DNA of 64,000 nucleotides from an uncultured Gemmatimonadales bacterium (GCA_963739455.1 CAVUAK010000002.1:160001-224000), one strand, 5' to 3'. Positions 20,537-34,150 are shown, counted from the stretch's first letter. The notes: generated from the letters alone by a model not told the origin. Program-made: numbers and translations.

Positions 20537-21562
20537 CTACTTGTCGAAGGCGAAGATGCGCTTCCAGTCCTGCTTCATGCTGATGACGATCCATCCGCCC
20601 TTGGTCGCCTCGTCGTAGAGCGCCTGGGAAAATGCGCCGACATGTGTGTCGGGTAGCCCCTTCGCTGGCCCATAGGCGTACTCGCGCGCTGCATCATCGT
20701 GCAGCACCAGGAGGGAGAGTCGGGCCCCGTCCCCCGCGGCAGTGTACTCCAGCATCTGCTGGTCACCCGCCGTGTTGCCGAACGCGATATGGGGTCGCCG
20801 CCCGATCATCAGGTGAATCCCCTCGACCTTGCCGCCGTCATTGTCGTTCAGGACCATCTTCGGCTCCTTGGTCAGGAACGGCTTCCCGTCCTTGTCGTAG
20901 CCGAACTTCGTGGCCCCTGCCGTCCCCACCACCTGCTCCGGTGGAATGCCATACGTCTTCTCTGCGTAGACTCGCACGAAGTCCTGGCCACCCCCGGTGA
21001 CGATGTAGGTCTTGTATCCGTTCGCTCGCAGGTACTTGAGCACTTCCTGCATCGGCTGAAAGATCAGTTCGGTGTAGGGCCGCTTCCAGCGCGGATCGCG
21101 CGCCGTGGCCAACCAGCTGCGCACCTGATTGGTGAAAGAATCGACAGGCATTCCAGTAAGCGTGGCAACCGCGATCTTCTCCAGGTCCGGCAAGGTCAAT
21201 TTCGCCATCGCCGCACGGTCGCCTGACATCACGGTCTTGAAGGGCTCGACCCCGGCCAGTTCCGGCTTCGCCTTCACCACGGCCGGCACCCGCTCCAGGA
21301 TGTACATGAGCTGCGTGTACATCGGGTGCTCGACCCAGAGGGTGCCGTCCTGGTCGAACGTCGCGATGCGCTCCGGGACGGGCACGAACTTCGGGTTGCC
21401 CGGGGTCGTGGTCGCCTTCACGAATTCCACGATCGCCTTTTTCGCCGCACCCTCGTTCCAGGACGGCAGGGGATCCGATTGGGCTTGCACCACAGAGCTC
21501 AAGGCGACAACAGCAGCTCCGGCGAGGGCTCCAGTGGCTCTCAGCAAGGTGACTCTCATCAT
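20537..21562 (-). CDS. Exported HAD-family hydrolase (nonspecific acid phosphatase-like)
   Basis: Signal peptide, DPLPSWN, FDQDGTLWVEHP, IVTGGG, AFGN..GD..ML, HDDA.REYAY. Confidence 0.88.
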   Translation of the reverse strand: MMRVTLLRATGALAGAAVVALSSVVQAQSDPLPSWNEGAAKKAIVEFVKATTTPGNPKFVPVPERIATFDQDGTLWVEHPMYTQLMYILERVPAVVKAKPELAGVEPFKTVMSGDRAAMAKLTLPDLEKIAVATLTGMPVDSFTNQVRSWLATARDPRWKRPYTELIFQPMQEVLKYLRANGYKTYIVTGGGQDFVRVYAEKTYGIPPEQVVGTAGATKFGYDKDGKPFLTKEPKMVLNDNDGGKVEGIHLMIGRRPHIAFGNTAGDQQMLEYTAAGDGARLSLLVLHDDAAREYAYGPAKGLPDTHVGAFSQALYDEATKGGWIVISMKQDWKRIFAFDK

Positions 21563-21638
21563 TTGCCTCCTGAACGTGGAACGGACGGACGCCCACTACG
21601 GAGCGCCCGTCCATGGTCACCGGGATAGAACAACGGCG

Positions 21639-23387
21639 CTACTGGCCGGGGCCCTTGTTCCCCATTTTCCTCACCTGATCCAGGACCTGCGTCAGGTTGT
21701 AGCTTGCCGGATCCTGCAGCGCGGGAAACTCGGCGAAGGATTCGAGCTCTCTCAGCCACAATTGCTGGCCCACCGGCAGCATGTTCCAGTTGTAGATGTA
21801 TGCCGTACTCGGCGCGGCCAGCGTGCCACCGATCGACATCACGGATTTCTGGTCGTCGCCCACTGCCTGCTCGTAGGGATCGCGGCGGATGTTCTGCACC
21901 TGCGCCCAGCCATAGGTCTGCGGCCCCAGGAGCGCCGACGCGCCGCCTGATCCTTCCATGGTGAAGTAGATCTTCCAGTTCTTGTACCGGACTGCCGACG
22001 GCGTTGCCCCGGTGTAGTAGAGGAAGAAGTTCCGGGCAGACGTGTCGGAGGCGCCGGTGAGGTACGCGAGTTGGTTGACCCCCTGCAGCTTCGTCTTCAC
22101 GATACCGGGATACTTCCCCGCCATGATCTGCTCGTTGAGTTCGTTGCCCTTGGGGCCGCCCGCGATCTCCACCAGCGTCGGCAGCCAGTCGTACGACGCG
22201 AAGATCTGGTCCAGCATAGTGCCCGGCTTGATGTGCCCCGGCCAGCGGATCACCATCGGCACCCGCATGCCGCCCTCCCACGTCGTCAGCTTGTTCGCCT
22301 TGAATGGCGTCATGCCGCCGTCCGGGAAGGTCTGGCTCTCGGCTCCGTTGTCGGTGGTGAACGCGATAATCGTGTTGTCCAGCTGACCCATTGCCTCGAG
22401 CTTCGCCAGCACCACGCCGATGTTGTCGTCCAACTGCTTCATCCCGGCTTCCTGGATACCCCAGTCCTTCCCACCCTCTTCGCCCAGCATCGCCAGGTAC
22501 TTCGGCGGCAGCATGGTGGTGACATGCATGCGCGCCGGGTTGTACCACACGAAGAATGGCTTCCCCGTCTTCTTCGGGTCGTTCCGGTCCAGGAAGTCCA
22601 CCACATGACCGGATATCTCCTCGTCGACCGTCTCCGAACGTTTGAGCGTCAGCGGCCCCTCATCCTTGCAGCTCTGGTTGGCGGACGAGCCGTCGGTGGA
22701 CTTGCACCACATCACCGGTCGTGGCGGCGTGAGGCAAATGGTTTTCCGTGGATCCACCGAGCCTGCCGGCTCGGCGATCCCCGGTATCGGCGTGTTCTGG
22801 CACGGCGGCGCGAACCCCTGCTTGACCGGAGTTGCATTGATGTCGGGGAAGCTCACCTGTTCCATCGCGTCCAGGTGGTAGAGATATCCCCAGAATTCCT
22901 GGAACCCATGCGCCGTTGGCAGCGCATCGGTGTGGTCGCCCAGGTGGTTCTTGCCGAACTCACCCGTGCTGTAGCCCAGGTCATACAGGAACTTGGCCAT
23001 CGCCGGTGTGCCGGGACGCAGGTACGACGGGCTGCCCGGCAATTGCGGCGGGATCATCCCGGTGCGGAGCGGCGTCATGCCGGTGAAGAACGCGTTGCGC
23101 CCCGCTGTGCAGCTCTGCTCGGCGTAGTACGACGTGAACATCGCACCCTCGCGTCCGATCCGGTCGATGTTCGGCGTGTCGGCGAGCCCGATGCCTCTCT
23201 GGTAGAGTCCTACCTGCATCCAACCAATGTCGTCGCCCATTATGAACAGGATGTTCGGCTTCTGCGACGCTGCGGCGACCTGGGCCGGGGCTGCCTTCGC
23301 TGGTTTCTTCTGCCCCGCCAGAGGCGCGGCTGTTCCGAGACTGGCGGCGACCAGCGCCAGAAGGACTGCGGACGTCGTTCTACGCAT
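21639..23387 (-). CDS. Arylsulfatase (Cys-type), exported
   Basis: KPNILFIMGDDIG, SCTAGR (CxAxR), GKNHLGD, TDNG, WEGGMRVP. Confidence 0.92.
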   Translation of the reverse strand: MRRTTSAVLLALVAASLGTAAPLAGQKKPAKAAPAQVAAASQKPNILFIMGDDIGWMQVGLYQRGIGLADTPNIDRIGREGAMFTSYYAEQSCTAGRNAFFTGMTPLRTGMIPPQLPGSPSYLRPGTPAMAKFLYDLGYSTGEFGKNHLGDHTDALPTAHGFQEFWGYLYHLDAMEQVSFPDINATPVKQGFAPPCQNTPIPGIAEPAGSVDPRKTICLTPPRPVMWCKSTDGSSANQSCKDEGPLTLKRSETVDEEISGHVVDFLDRNDPKKTGKPFFVWYNPARMHVTTMLPPKYLAMLGEEGGKDWGIQEAGMKQLDDNIGVVLAKLEAMGQLDNTIIAFTTDNGAESQTFPDGGMTPFKANKLTTWEGGMRVPMVIRWPGHIKPGTMLDQIFASYDWLPTLVEIAGGPKGNELNEQIMAGKYPGIVKTKLQGVNQLAYLTGASDTSARNFFLYYTGATPSAVRYKNWKIYFTMEGSGGASALLGPQTYGWAQVQNIRRDPYEQAVGDDQKSVMSIGGTLAAPSTAYIYNWNMLPVGQQLWLRELESFAEFPALQDPASYNLTQVLDQVRKMGNKGPGQ

Positions 23388-23606
23388 GTTGTTGCTCCGG
23401 GACCTGTGCTGTGGAGGGGCGCCACTGATCGGAGATCCATTACCGCAACCTTCATTGGTAACGATCCAGCCTGCTCAAGATCTGAGCTGCATAGTGAGAT
23501 TACCTAACCTTCCCGTTGGCGCAAGCCTGCGCTGCCCCGAGCACACGTCACCGATCTACTTCCTGCCGCACGTCGAGACACCAAGGGGAGCCGCAGCCTG
23601 TGTAGG

Positions 23607-24684
23607 TCACGGCTTGGGTCCCGTAGCTGGTCCGGGCCCTGGCCGTGGCCCAGGTCCTGGCCCGTCCGACGCCCCGAGCCATCCTCGCACGAGTTCCGAG
23701 ATTCGCTCGGCCGCAGGCGGGTCGAGGTTGCTCGCGACCGCAAGGTCGTATCCCCCCGGAAGGTCACCCTCGAGGACCGCATTGAGTCCGCCCGATCCGC
23801 CCGCAATGCCGATCCCTGCCGGCGGCCCCGATGGCACCTGACCCGCCCTGAGCGCGGCGAGGAACTGCAGCAAGTCCCCGATCGTCGAATAGCCCCCGCC
23901 CGCCGCACTGCCACGACCCGGCAGTTCCCTCGAGTTCGCGTGCACCGGGGCATTCGCCGGCGCATCCTCGTCTCCCCTGGTATATCCGATCGGCGGTGTT
24001 GGGTGGGAGCGAGTCAACCCTGAACGACCCGGTGTGCGTCATCCCCGCCGGCGCATAGACGTGCTGCTGGATGTACGCGTAGTAGTCCTCGCCCGACACC
24101 TTCTCGATCAGCATGCCCAGCACCACGTAGCAGGCATTGCAGTATCGGCGGCTTGTGCCCGGCGCGAACGCCTGCGGAGCATTCACGAACAGCACGAGGT
24201 ACTCGTTGTTGTGCTTGATGTCATTCCGCGTGCCGCCGGGCGGCGGGTCGAAGATGTTCCCGCCCAGTCCCGCCTGGTGCGTCATCAGCTGGCGGATCGT
24301 GGCACCGCGCGCCGTGGCGTTGGGATAGTCCGGCCAGTAGTGCCCGAGTGTCGAGTCGAGGTTGAGCTTCCCCGCCGCCGCCAGCTGTCGGATCGCTGTC
24401 TCGGTGAACACCTTGTTGATCGAACCGATGTTGAACTCGGTGGTCACGGTGTTGGGGCGCTTCGTGGCCCGGTCGGCCATCCCGTACGCCCGCTCGAATA
24501 CCATCGTGCCCGCCCGGTTGATGCCGACGGCGCCCGAAAACTCCCCCAGCGCCGCGAGGGAATCGAGGGTCTTGGCGAGGCGTTCGGTGAGTTGAGCCTG
24601 AGTGAGGGGCGGCGGGGCCTGCGCGGCGAGGGTCGGCGCCGCCAGGAGCGACACCGCGATGGAGATGGCGACTGGTCGGGTCAT
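23607..24684 (-). CDS. Serine hydrolase, beta-lactamase class C/S12 family; frameshift near 23990
   Basis: Signal peptide, IGSINK (SxxK), LMTHQAG, YCN (YxN), AAGGGYST..DL. Confidence 0.85.
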
Positions 24685-24742
24685 GGCAGCAAGGATGCGT
24701 ACCAGCGTCCAACGGTTGCAAGCGCCCGTGTATCTTTCCGCC

Positions 24743-25806
24743 ATGTCAGCACCGCCCGACACCTCGATTCTTTCCCTGGCACCAGCCGACGCGCGGGCGC
24801 GCCTCTGCGGCATGGGTCACCGAGCGCGGGCTCCCCGCCTATCGCCTCGAGCAACTCGTGCGGCGCCTGTGGGTGGCACCGGTCGAGGCGTGGTCTGGTG
24901 CCACCGAGCTGCCGCAGGCCCTGCGCAACGACCTCGATGCCGCGTTTCCGCTTCTCCGCCTGGACGCCGTCACCATCCAGGAGTCGCAGGACGGCACCAT
25001 CAAGTACCTCTGGCGCCTCCACGATGGCGAGATGATCGAGTCGGTGCTGATCCCGAGCGGGGCGCGCCGCACCCTGTGCATCTCGTCGCAGGCCGGGTGC
25101 GCCCTCGGCTGTGTGTTCTGCGCCACCGGCACGATGGGCTTCCGCCGCAACCTCACCGCCGCAGAGATTGCCTGCCAGGTGCGCGCGGTCGTGCTTCGCA
25201 ACCCCGACGACAAGCCGACCAATGTCGTCTACATGGGCATGGGCGAGCCGCTGCTCAACTGGCCTGCGGTCGATGTGTCGCTCACGCATCCTGAACGACC
25301 AGGAGGGATTCGGCATCGGCGCGAGGCATATCACGGTTTCCACCGTCGGCATCTTGCCCGGCATGGAGCAGTTGGCCGCCCGGCCCGAGCAGTTCCGGCT
25401 CGCGATCTCCCTCCACGCCCCGACGCCGGCACGGCGGCTTGCGCTGATGCCAATCGAGAAGAAGTATGATCTGGAGGCAGTGCTGAAGGCGGCCGCCACG
25501 TTCAGGAAGCGTGTCACGTTCGAGTATGTGCTGATCGCCGGGAAGAACGACGCAGACGCCGACGCCGACAAGCTGGCCAAGCTCGCCGGGCGGCTCGGCG
25601 CCATGGTCAACCTTCTCCCGCTGCATCCCGGCGGCGAGGGCGGGTTGACGCCTACGGCGCCGGCGCGCATCCGGGAGTTCGCCGATCGCCTGCGGAACCA
25701 GGGCATCGAGGCACCGGTGCGACGCAGCCGCGGGCTCGACATCAACGCCGCCTGTGGACAGTTGCGGGTCAAGATGGAGAAGAAGGAGCGCAGGACACCC
25801 ACCTGA
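24743..25806 (+). CDS. rlmN: 23S rRNA/tRNA m2A radical-SAM methyltransferase; frameshifts near 24805 and 25285
   Basis: CISSQAGCALGCVFC, MGMGEP, ISLHAP, FEYVLI, DINAACGQL. Confidence 0.93.
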
Positions 25807-25823
25807 AAAGGAGTGATGCTGAC

Positions 25824-26403
25824 ATGAGCACTGCCAGTTTCGCCCGGACGTTCCGGCTGTCCCTCCCCCTCGTCGTCACCGTTGCTGCCTGTTCGTCCCC
25901 ACAAGCCAAGCCCGAGCCAGCCCAGTCGATCGTAGCGCGAGGTGAGTACCTCACGAACTACGGCGGTTGCAACGACTGTCATACGCCGAAGGTCTTCTCG
26001 GCGGCCGGGTCCGGCACCCGACCTGAGTCGCCTCCTGTCGGGCCATCCCGCCGAGGCGCAGTTGCCAGTGCTGCCAGCTGGAGTCGTTGGGGCGGACCCG
26101 ACCAAGTGGGGCGCGGTCACCACCGGCGACCTCACCGCCTGGTCAGGCCCGTGGGGAACCTCCTTCGCCGCGAACCTCACCCCGGATGCGACAGGTCTCG
26201 CCGCGTGGAACGACTCGCTCTTCATTGCGACCATGCGCACCGGCAAGCACTGGGGTTCAGGGCGCGGAATCCTTCCACCCATGCCGTGGTTCAGCCTGAA
26301 TGCGCTGACGGACGACGACCTGCGCGCGATATTCGCGTACCTGCGTTCCATCAAGCCGGTCGCGAACCTGGTGCCCCAGCCGCTTCCGCCCGCGACACCA
26401 TGA
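25824..26403 (+). CDS. Lipoprotein c-type cytochrome (c-553-like); frameshift near 26010
   Basis: Lipobox VAAC; ARGEYL..GGCNDCHTP; GPWGTSFAANLTPD..TG; PPMPW (axial Met). Confidence 0.85.
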
Positions 26404-26481
26404 ACGGTCGCGCGAAGGGCTCGGCACCCCTACCCTTCACGCAGGCCGCTCGCGTCCGTCGGAATCACCTCGAGCCGGAGA

Positions 26482-26817
26482 GTGCCCATGCTGGTCCTCC
26501 AAGCCGTTCCCGCCGGCAAGCTCAACGCCTTCAAGCTCCTGCGCGCCCGCATACGCGAGGCCAGTACCTGGTCCTGGAGCAACAAGGCCCGTACCCGGCT
26601 CAAGCACGTCGCCCGGCCCAAGGGCGGTCACATCGAGGTCAGCAGCGCCGGGGGCGTGCTCGTGGCACACATCAAGCCCAAGACGCCGAGCGACCAGTTC
26701 TACCTGACGGAGAAATTCATCGGGCGGCTGATCGGCTGGTTCGAGGGAGAGCTGCTGTCGATCAACATCCAGTTCGTGCCCGATCCGCCGGCGCCGGCCC
26801 GGCGCCGGCGGCGCTGA
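26482..26817 (+). CDS. Hypothetical basic protein
   Basis: GGAG RBS, GC3-biased codons, in run of + strand genes. Confidence 0.65.
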   Translation: MPMLVLQAVPAGKLNAFKLLRARIREASTWSWSNKARTRLKHVARPKGGHIEVSSAGGVLVAHIKPKTPSDQFYLTEKFIGRLIGWFEGELLSINIQFVPDPPAPARRRRR

Positions 26818-26829
26818 AAGCGCAATTCG

Positions 26830-27135
26830 ATGCCCCTCACCGCTGCTGATGTCCGCGCCTCGATCGAGCGTGCCGGCGCGGCACATTGGCAGGCCCTGGT
26901 GGACCACCACGAAGGCGCTTATCCGCGCCCCTGCCCCACGCCGGGCGCGATCTGTCACGCTGAAGCGGAACGACTGAACCAGCTGGGATGGGGAGAAACG
27001 CGCGGCCCGCTGTTCGAGTCGCGCGTCCGACGGGTGGGCGACGCAGTGGAGATCATTCATGGCTTTCACCACGCCGACAGCTCGGTGCCGGAGTGGACGC
27101 CCCCATTCCGGAACTATGAACCTGACGTCGCATAA
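26830..27135 (+). CDS. Hypothetical protein
   Basis: Compact ORF closely spaced within the + strand run. Confidence 0.55.
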   Translation: MPLTAADVRASIERAGAAHWQALVDHHEGAYPRPCPTPGAICHAEAERLNQLGWGETRGPLFESRVRRVGDAVEIIHGFHHADSSVPEWTPPFRNYEPDVA

Positions 27136-27151
27136 GAAAGTTCTGGGTTGA

Positions 27152-27466
27152 ATGGGTGCGAGCGCCGCGGTCGCCGTGATGGTCCGGCATGAGAAGGACA
27201 TCGTGAAGATCTTCCAGTCGGCAGGTGCGCTGGGCACCGCCACCGCGAGGCCGCTCGGCGCGCTCGGTCTCGAGGAGTCGCGTCACTTCGAACGGCTTCG
27301 GCATGCTGGCGTGATCCGGAACGGATCGCCGGGCACCTGGTACCTGGACGCAGCCGCCTGGACCGAACGCATGCTGAAGCGGCGTCGCATCGGGATTGTC
27401 CTCATTGCGGTATCGCTGTTCGCGCTGGCGCTTGGGCTGGGCCTCCTTCCGACGGGCCCGCGGTAG
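27152..27466 (+). CDS. Small hypothetical protein with C-terminal TM anchor
   Basis: 'FERLRHAGVIR...TWYLD' (winged-helix-like), then KRRR and a hydrophobic helix. Confidence 0.6.
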   Translation: MGASAAVAVMVRHEKDIVKIFQSAGALGTATARPLGALGLEESRHFERLRHAGVIRNGSPGTWYLDAAAWTERMLKRRRIGIVLIAVSLFALALGLGLLPTGPR

Positions 27467-27477
27467 CCCACCTCACC

Positions 27478-28269
27478 ATGAGTGACGGACCCGCCTTCGT
27501 CGATCACTTCGCGAGCGTCGCAGCAGACTACGCCAGGTTCCGTCCCGGCTACCCGTTGGCGCTGTTTGATTTTCTCGCCGACGCCTCACCCGATCGCGAC
27601 CTGGCGTGGGACTGCGGCACCGGTACCGGCATCGCGGCGATTCCGCTGGCCGACCGATTCCGCACCGTGGTCGCGACCGACGCGAGCGAGGCGCAATTGG
27701 CCCAGGCACCGGCCCATCCTCGCATTACCTGGCGCGCCCTGCGCGAAGGAGCATCCGGCCTCCCTGATCGCTCGGCGTCCCTCGTCACCGTCGCACAGGC
27801 TGCGCACTGGTTCGACCTCGATGCGTTCTATCGCGAGGTGGACCGGGTGCTGAAGCCTGGCGGAGTGGTGGCCCTCTGGTGCTACGGGTTGCTTGCCATC
27901 GACGCCGGCATCGACGCCATCCTGCACCGGTTCGAGCATGGCCGGGTCGGGGCTTACTGGCCGGAGGAGCGCCGCCACGTGGACGCGGAGTATCGCACGC
28001 TCCCGTTTCCGTATGCGCGCATCGACGCACCCGCATTCATGATGGACGCCACGCTCACGCGATCGGCGCTGCTGGGCTACCTCGGAAGCTGGTCGGCCGT
28101 GAGTCGCTATCGATCCGCAACGGGCAGCGATCCCCTTCCCGAACTCGAGTCCGAACTCGCGCGCCTCTGGCCCGCGTCGGAGCCCAGGGTGGTGCGCTGG
28201 CCACTCACCGTCGTTGCAGGTCGCGCCGCGGCGCCGCATGCCCGGGAGCAATCCGGTATACTGCGGTAG
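27478..28269 (+). CDS. Class I SAM-dependent methyltransferase
   Basis: DHF...A..YA.FRP.YP, AWDCGTGTG, TDAS, VAQAAHWFD, RVLKPGG. Confidence 0.92.
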   Translation: MSDGPAFVDHFASVAADYARFRPGYPLALFDFLADASPDRDLAWDCGTGTGIAAIPLADRFRTVVATDASEAQLAQAPAHPRITWRALREGASGLPDRSASLVTVAQAAHWFDLDAFYREVDRVLKPGGVVALWCYGLLAIDAGIDAILHRFEHGRVGAYWPEERRHVDAEYRTLPFPYARIDAPAFMMDATLTRSALLGYLGSWSAVSRYRSATGSDPLPELESELARLWPASEPRVVRWPLTVVAGRAAAPHAREQSGILR

Positions 28270-28286
28270 CTATCCAGCAGGAGTTC

Positions 28287-28520
28287 ATGATGAAGACACT
28301 CGCCTACAAGGGCTTCGCGATTACTGCGCGAACCTGGCAGGTCCGCGGCACCGGACGCTGGACGCTCGACCTGCTCATCAGCCGGCGGGAGGCGCTGCGC
28401 GCATTCAGTCGCCCGACCACCTTTGCCACCGAGGATGCCGCGGTAGCCGGGTGCTGCGAACTGGGACGTCGGATCATCGATGGGAACGAACGGGATTGTT
28501 CGGTAGCGGACCTGTCGTAG
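28287..28520 (+). CDS. Small hypothetical protein (CV_2116/HlyU-like pattern)
   Basis: AGGAG RBS; 'YKGFAI.A...GRW....I...F.TED.A....GRRIIDG'. Confidence 0.6.
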   Translation: MMKTLAYKGFAITARTWQVRGTGRWTLDLLISRREALRAFSRPTTFATEDAAVAGCCELGRRIIDGNERDCSVADLS

Positions 28521-28593
28521 CGGAGGGCTTCCTCGTGAGGGCGCACCACTCGTCGTAACGCAACACCTGCCTCGATCCAACCCCCGAAAACAC

Positions 28594-28711
28594 AACGACC
28601 CGGCAGTGCTCTGGGCACCGACCGGGACGATGGTTCTGGCAGATTAATCACCCGGCCTGCCCCGGGGCCCCGAAGGGCTATGTTCACTGCCACAAGAGTA
28701 ATCAGGTCGTT
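28594..28711 (-). ncRNA. Candidate structured non-coding RNA element of unknown class
   Basis: Nested stems 28594-28600/28705-28711, 28602-28608/28685-28691, 28613-28617/28658-28662, 28622-28626/28651-28655, plus a cUUCGg hairpin at 28667-28678 on the minus strand. Confidence 0.55.
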
Positions 28712-28713
28712 CG

Positions 28714-30436
28714 CTAAACGGTAGTCCCCACCCCCCGAAGCTCCCTCGCACCGCGCGCGGCAAGCAGGTCCAGCACGGCAGCCCGGCTGCTGTGCACCGT
28801 CAATACGAGCAGGTCGCCTGGGCGCGCCCAGGCGAGTGCCCTGCTCACCGCGTCCACTTCGCTCTCACCATACTCAATCGCCTCCGCCGGCAGCCCGAGC
28901 CGGTGGAATTCGTCCGCAAGCATCCCGGGGATCTCCCCGATCGCGCGGCCGCGGCGATATGCCTCCATCTCCTTCACCACGACATGATCGATACCAATGG
29001 GCCAGGCACTCCGGGCCAGTCCGCGGATCGAGTCGTCGTCGCGGTTGCCGGCCTGCCCCAGGACCAGTCCGCGCCGCCCGCCCGGGAGCGCGCGGGCGAT
29101 CGCGGCCAGTGCCTGCATCCCGTGCGGATTGTGGGCGTAGTCGAGCAGCACTCGTACACCGCCGACATCAAACAGGCTCGCGCGCCCGGGGTTGTCGCTG
29201 TTGCTCTGGCCGAAGCTTGCGAGGGCCGAGCGTATCGCCTCGGGGGAGCAGCCAAGACACCACGCGGCCAGCGATGCGCCCAGGGCGTTTGCCACGTTGT
29301 GCACCGCCGCGCCACCCAGCGTCACCGGTGCCTCGTCGACGCCGAGCAGGTCGATGTACTCCTCCCCACGCCGCAGGACGAACCGGCCGTCGATCACCGT
29401 CGCCCACTGCTGCCCCGACGGCCGGGCTGCTTCCGCAGCGACTGCGCCATCCAGGCCAAACCAAGCCATGGGTACCCGGCCCGGCAGGACCTGCGCCGCC
29501 TGCCGCAGCACGCCGTCGTCCGAGTTGAGGACGAGGCGCCCATCATTTTCGATGACTTTCGCCACCACCAGCTTCGTCGCCGCGAGGCCCGCGAGGTCGG
29601 TGATGCCATACTCGCCGAAATGGTCGGCGGCAATGTTGGTGACCACAGCGACATCGGCATGCGTCACTGCCAGCCCGCGACGCAGGATCCCGCCGCGAGC
29701 CGTCTCGAGCACCGCAGCATCGATCCGCCTGTCCCGAAGCACGAGGCGCGCCCCCTCCGGGCCGGAATAGTCCCCCTCGGCGACCCGCTCGCCTCCAATC
29801 AACACGCCGTCGGTGCTGCTCCAGCCCGGGTGTCGCCCCTCGGCCCTGAGCATGGCGGCCATCAGCCGAACGGTTGTCGTCTTGCCGTTGGACCCCGTCA
29901 CCAGCGCCAGCGGCACGTCATGTATTGCGTGCCAGTCGATGGCACCTGCCTCCGGCAGTGCATCGAGCGCGAACGTGCGCGACCCGTTTCCCATGCCGAT
30001 CGTCACTGACTCGTCATCGCCGTAGAGCGACACCCCGTGCGCGCGCGCCGCCTGTTCGAGCGCAATCAGGCGAGGCTTCCGCTCCTCGGTGGCCAGCTGC
30101 GTGATCCGTTCGCGTGCGACATCGCGCGACTCGGCGACCGGGCCGCCCGTGAGTTCCACGGCGCGCGCCCAGGCCCACTCGTTGACTTCAGTGGCGGTGA
30201 GGAGAAGGTCGGCAGGCGCTTCGAAGCCGAGGCTGGCGCCGCCGCGGCGCGGAAGGACATGTGGCGTGGCGGGCACCCAGCCGAGGTCGTCCAGCATGAG
30301 CCGCAATCCGTCCGCCCAGCGCGAAATCAGCGATTCGGATTGCGTCGCATCGAACTCGACCTCGAGCACTGCCCCGGCCCCGTCCATGACACGGCTCGGT
30401 CCCAGCAGCCGGCGGGAGTCGAGGACGGTGGCCTGA

Positions 30437-30444
<8 letters not shown>
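28714..30444 (-). CDS. Cyanophycin synthetase-like protein: N domain plus Mur-ligase (M) domain, ATP-grasp domain largely absent
   Basis: DSRRLLGP N-terminus; VTGSNGKTTT, LETARGGILRRG, TNIAADH, DYAHNPHG; overlaps the cphA stop codon. Confidence 0.85.
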
Positions 30445-33289
<2,845 letters not shown>

Positions 33290-33307
33290 GGGTGAGGCCC
33301 CTCGGCG

Positions 33308-34150
33308 TCAGCCCCGGCCGGTGGCAGCCGGCGGGGCGTGCGCCTTTCGTCGGTGGAGATCGTAGCCGGCACCACGTACGAGCACGTGGAGCCGTACCCC
33401 GATCAGGCAGATCGGATCGCCCTTCTCCGCCTGGTCCATGGAGGAGTACTCCACGTCGGCAGGGTCGATGATGGTGATGGCATTGCTGCCCACCACCTCC
33501 AGCGTGTCATCCGGCCCGATGAACGCCGCCGTGTCCTCGTCCAGCCCAAGCCCGATGCCGAACGGATTGTACGCGAGCGCGGTCAGCAGCCGGCCCAGCC
33601 GGTCGCGCTGACGGAAATGTTGGTCTATAACGACGCGGTTGGTAAGACCCAGGCCCGGGGAGAGGGTCACGTCGCCCGAATGGGGGGTGGACCCCTCCTC
33701 CCCGCTGGCGATCATGTGCTCCGACAGGAAGGCCGCACCGGCCGAGGTACCGGCCACATGCACCCCCGCCGCGTTGAGCCGCCGGAGCGCGCGTGCCACC
33801 GAGGTGCCGCCCAGCGTGGTGGCCAGCCTGAGCTGGTTGCCACCGGTGAGGAACACGCCCCGCGCATTCTCGAGCGTGGCCAGCTTGTCGCCGTCCTCGC
33901 AGTCGGCCCGGGTCTCGAAGTCGAGGATGTCCACTCGCTTCGCACCGAGCTCCCGGAAGAGCGCCTCGTAGCGCTCACCGGTGTCGGCGAGGCTCGAGGC
34001 CGTGGGGATGACGACGATGCGCGCATCGCGCCCGCCGCAGAGCCGCACGAACCGCTTCAGGATGAGGGGGCTGCCGATCTTCGATTCGGCGCCGCCAACC
34101 GGGATGATGAAACCACGCACGTCGCCCTCCAATGACTTTGCCGGGCTCAC
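33308..34150 (-). CDS. cphB: Cyanophycinase (S51 peptidase)
   Basis: GGAE, IPTAS, TGGNQLRL, GTSAGA (catalytic Ser), DQHFRQRDRLGRL, GLDEDT. Confidence 0.95.
   Translation of the reverse strand: MSPAKSLEGDVRGFIIPVGGAESKIGSPLILKRFVRLCGGRDARIVVIPTASSLADTGERYEALFRELGAKRVDILDFETRADCEDGDKLATLENARGVFLTGGNQLRLATTLGGTSVARALRRLNAAGVHVAGTSAGAAFLSEHMIASGEEGSTPHSGDVTLSPGLGLTNRVVIDQHFRQRDRLGRLLTALAYNPFGIGLGLDEDTAAFIGPDDTLEVVGSNAITIIDPADVEYSSMDQAEKGDPICLIGVRLHVLVRGAGYDLHRRKAHAPPAATGRG

Noticed and set aside
23607..23670. GC-rich repeat resembling a mini-array
   Set aside because: Encodes the low-complexity Gly-Pro tail of the serine hydrolase; no spacer structure, so not CRISPR
28594..28711. Calling the structured element tRNA, SRP RNA, RNase P or an intrinsic terminator
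   Set aside because: No cloverleaf, no SRP domain IV motif, no RNase P GAGGAAAGUCC motif, and it is a multi-stem fold rather than a hairpin plus U-tract
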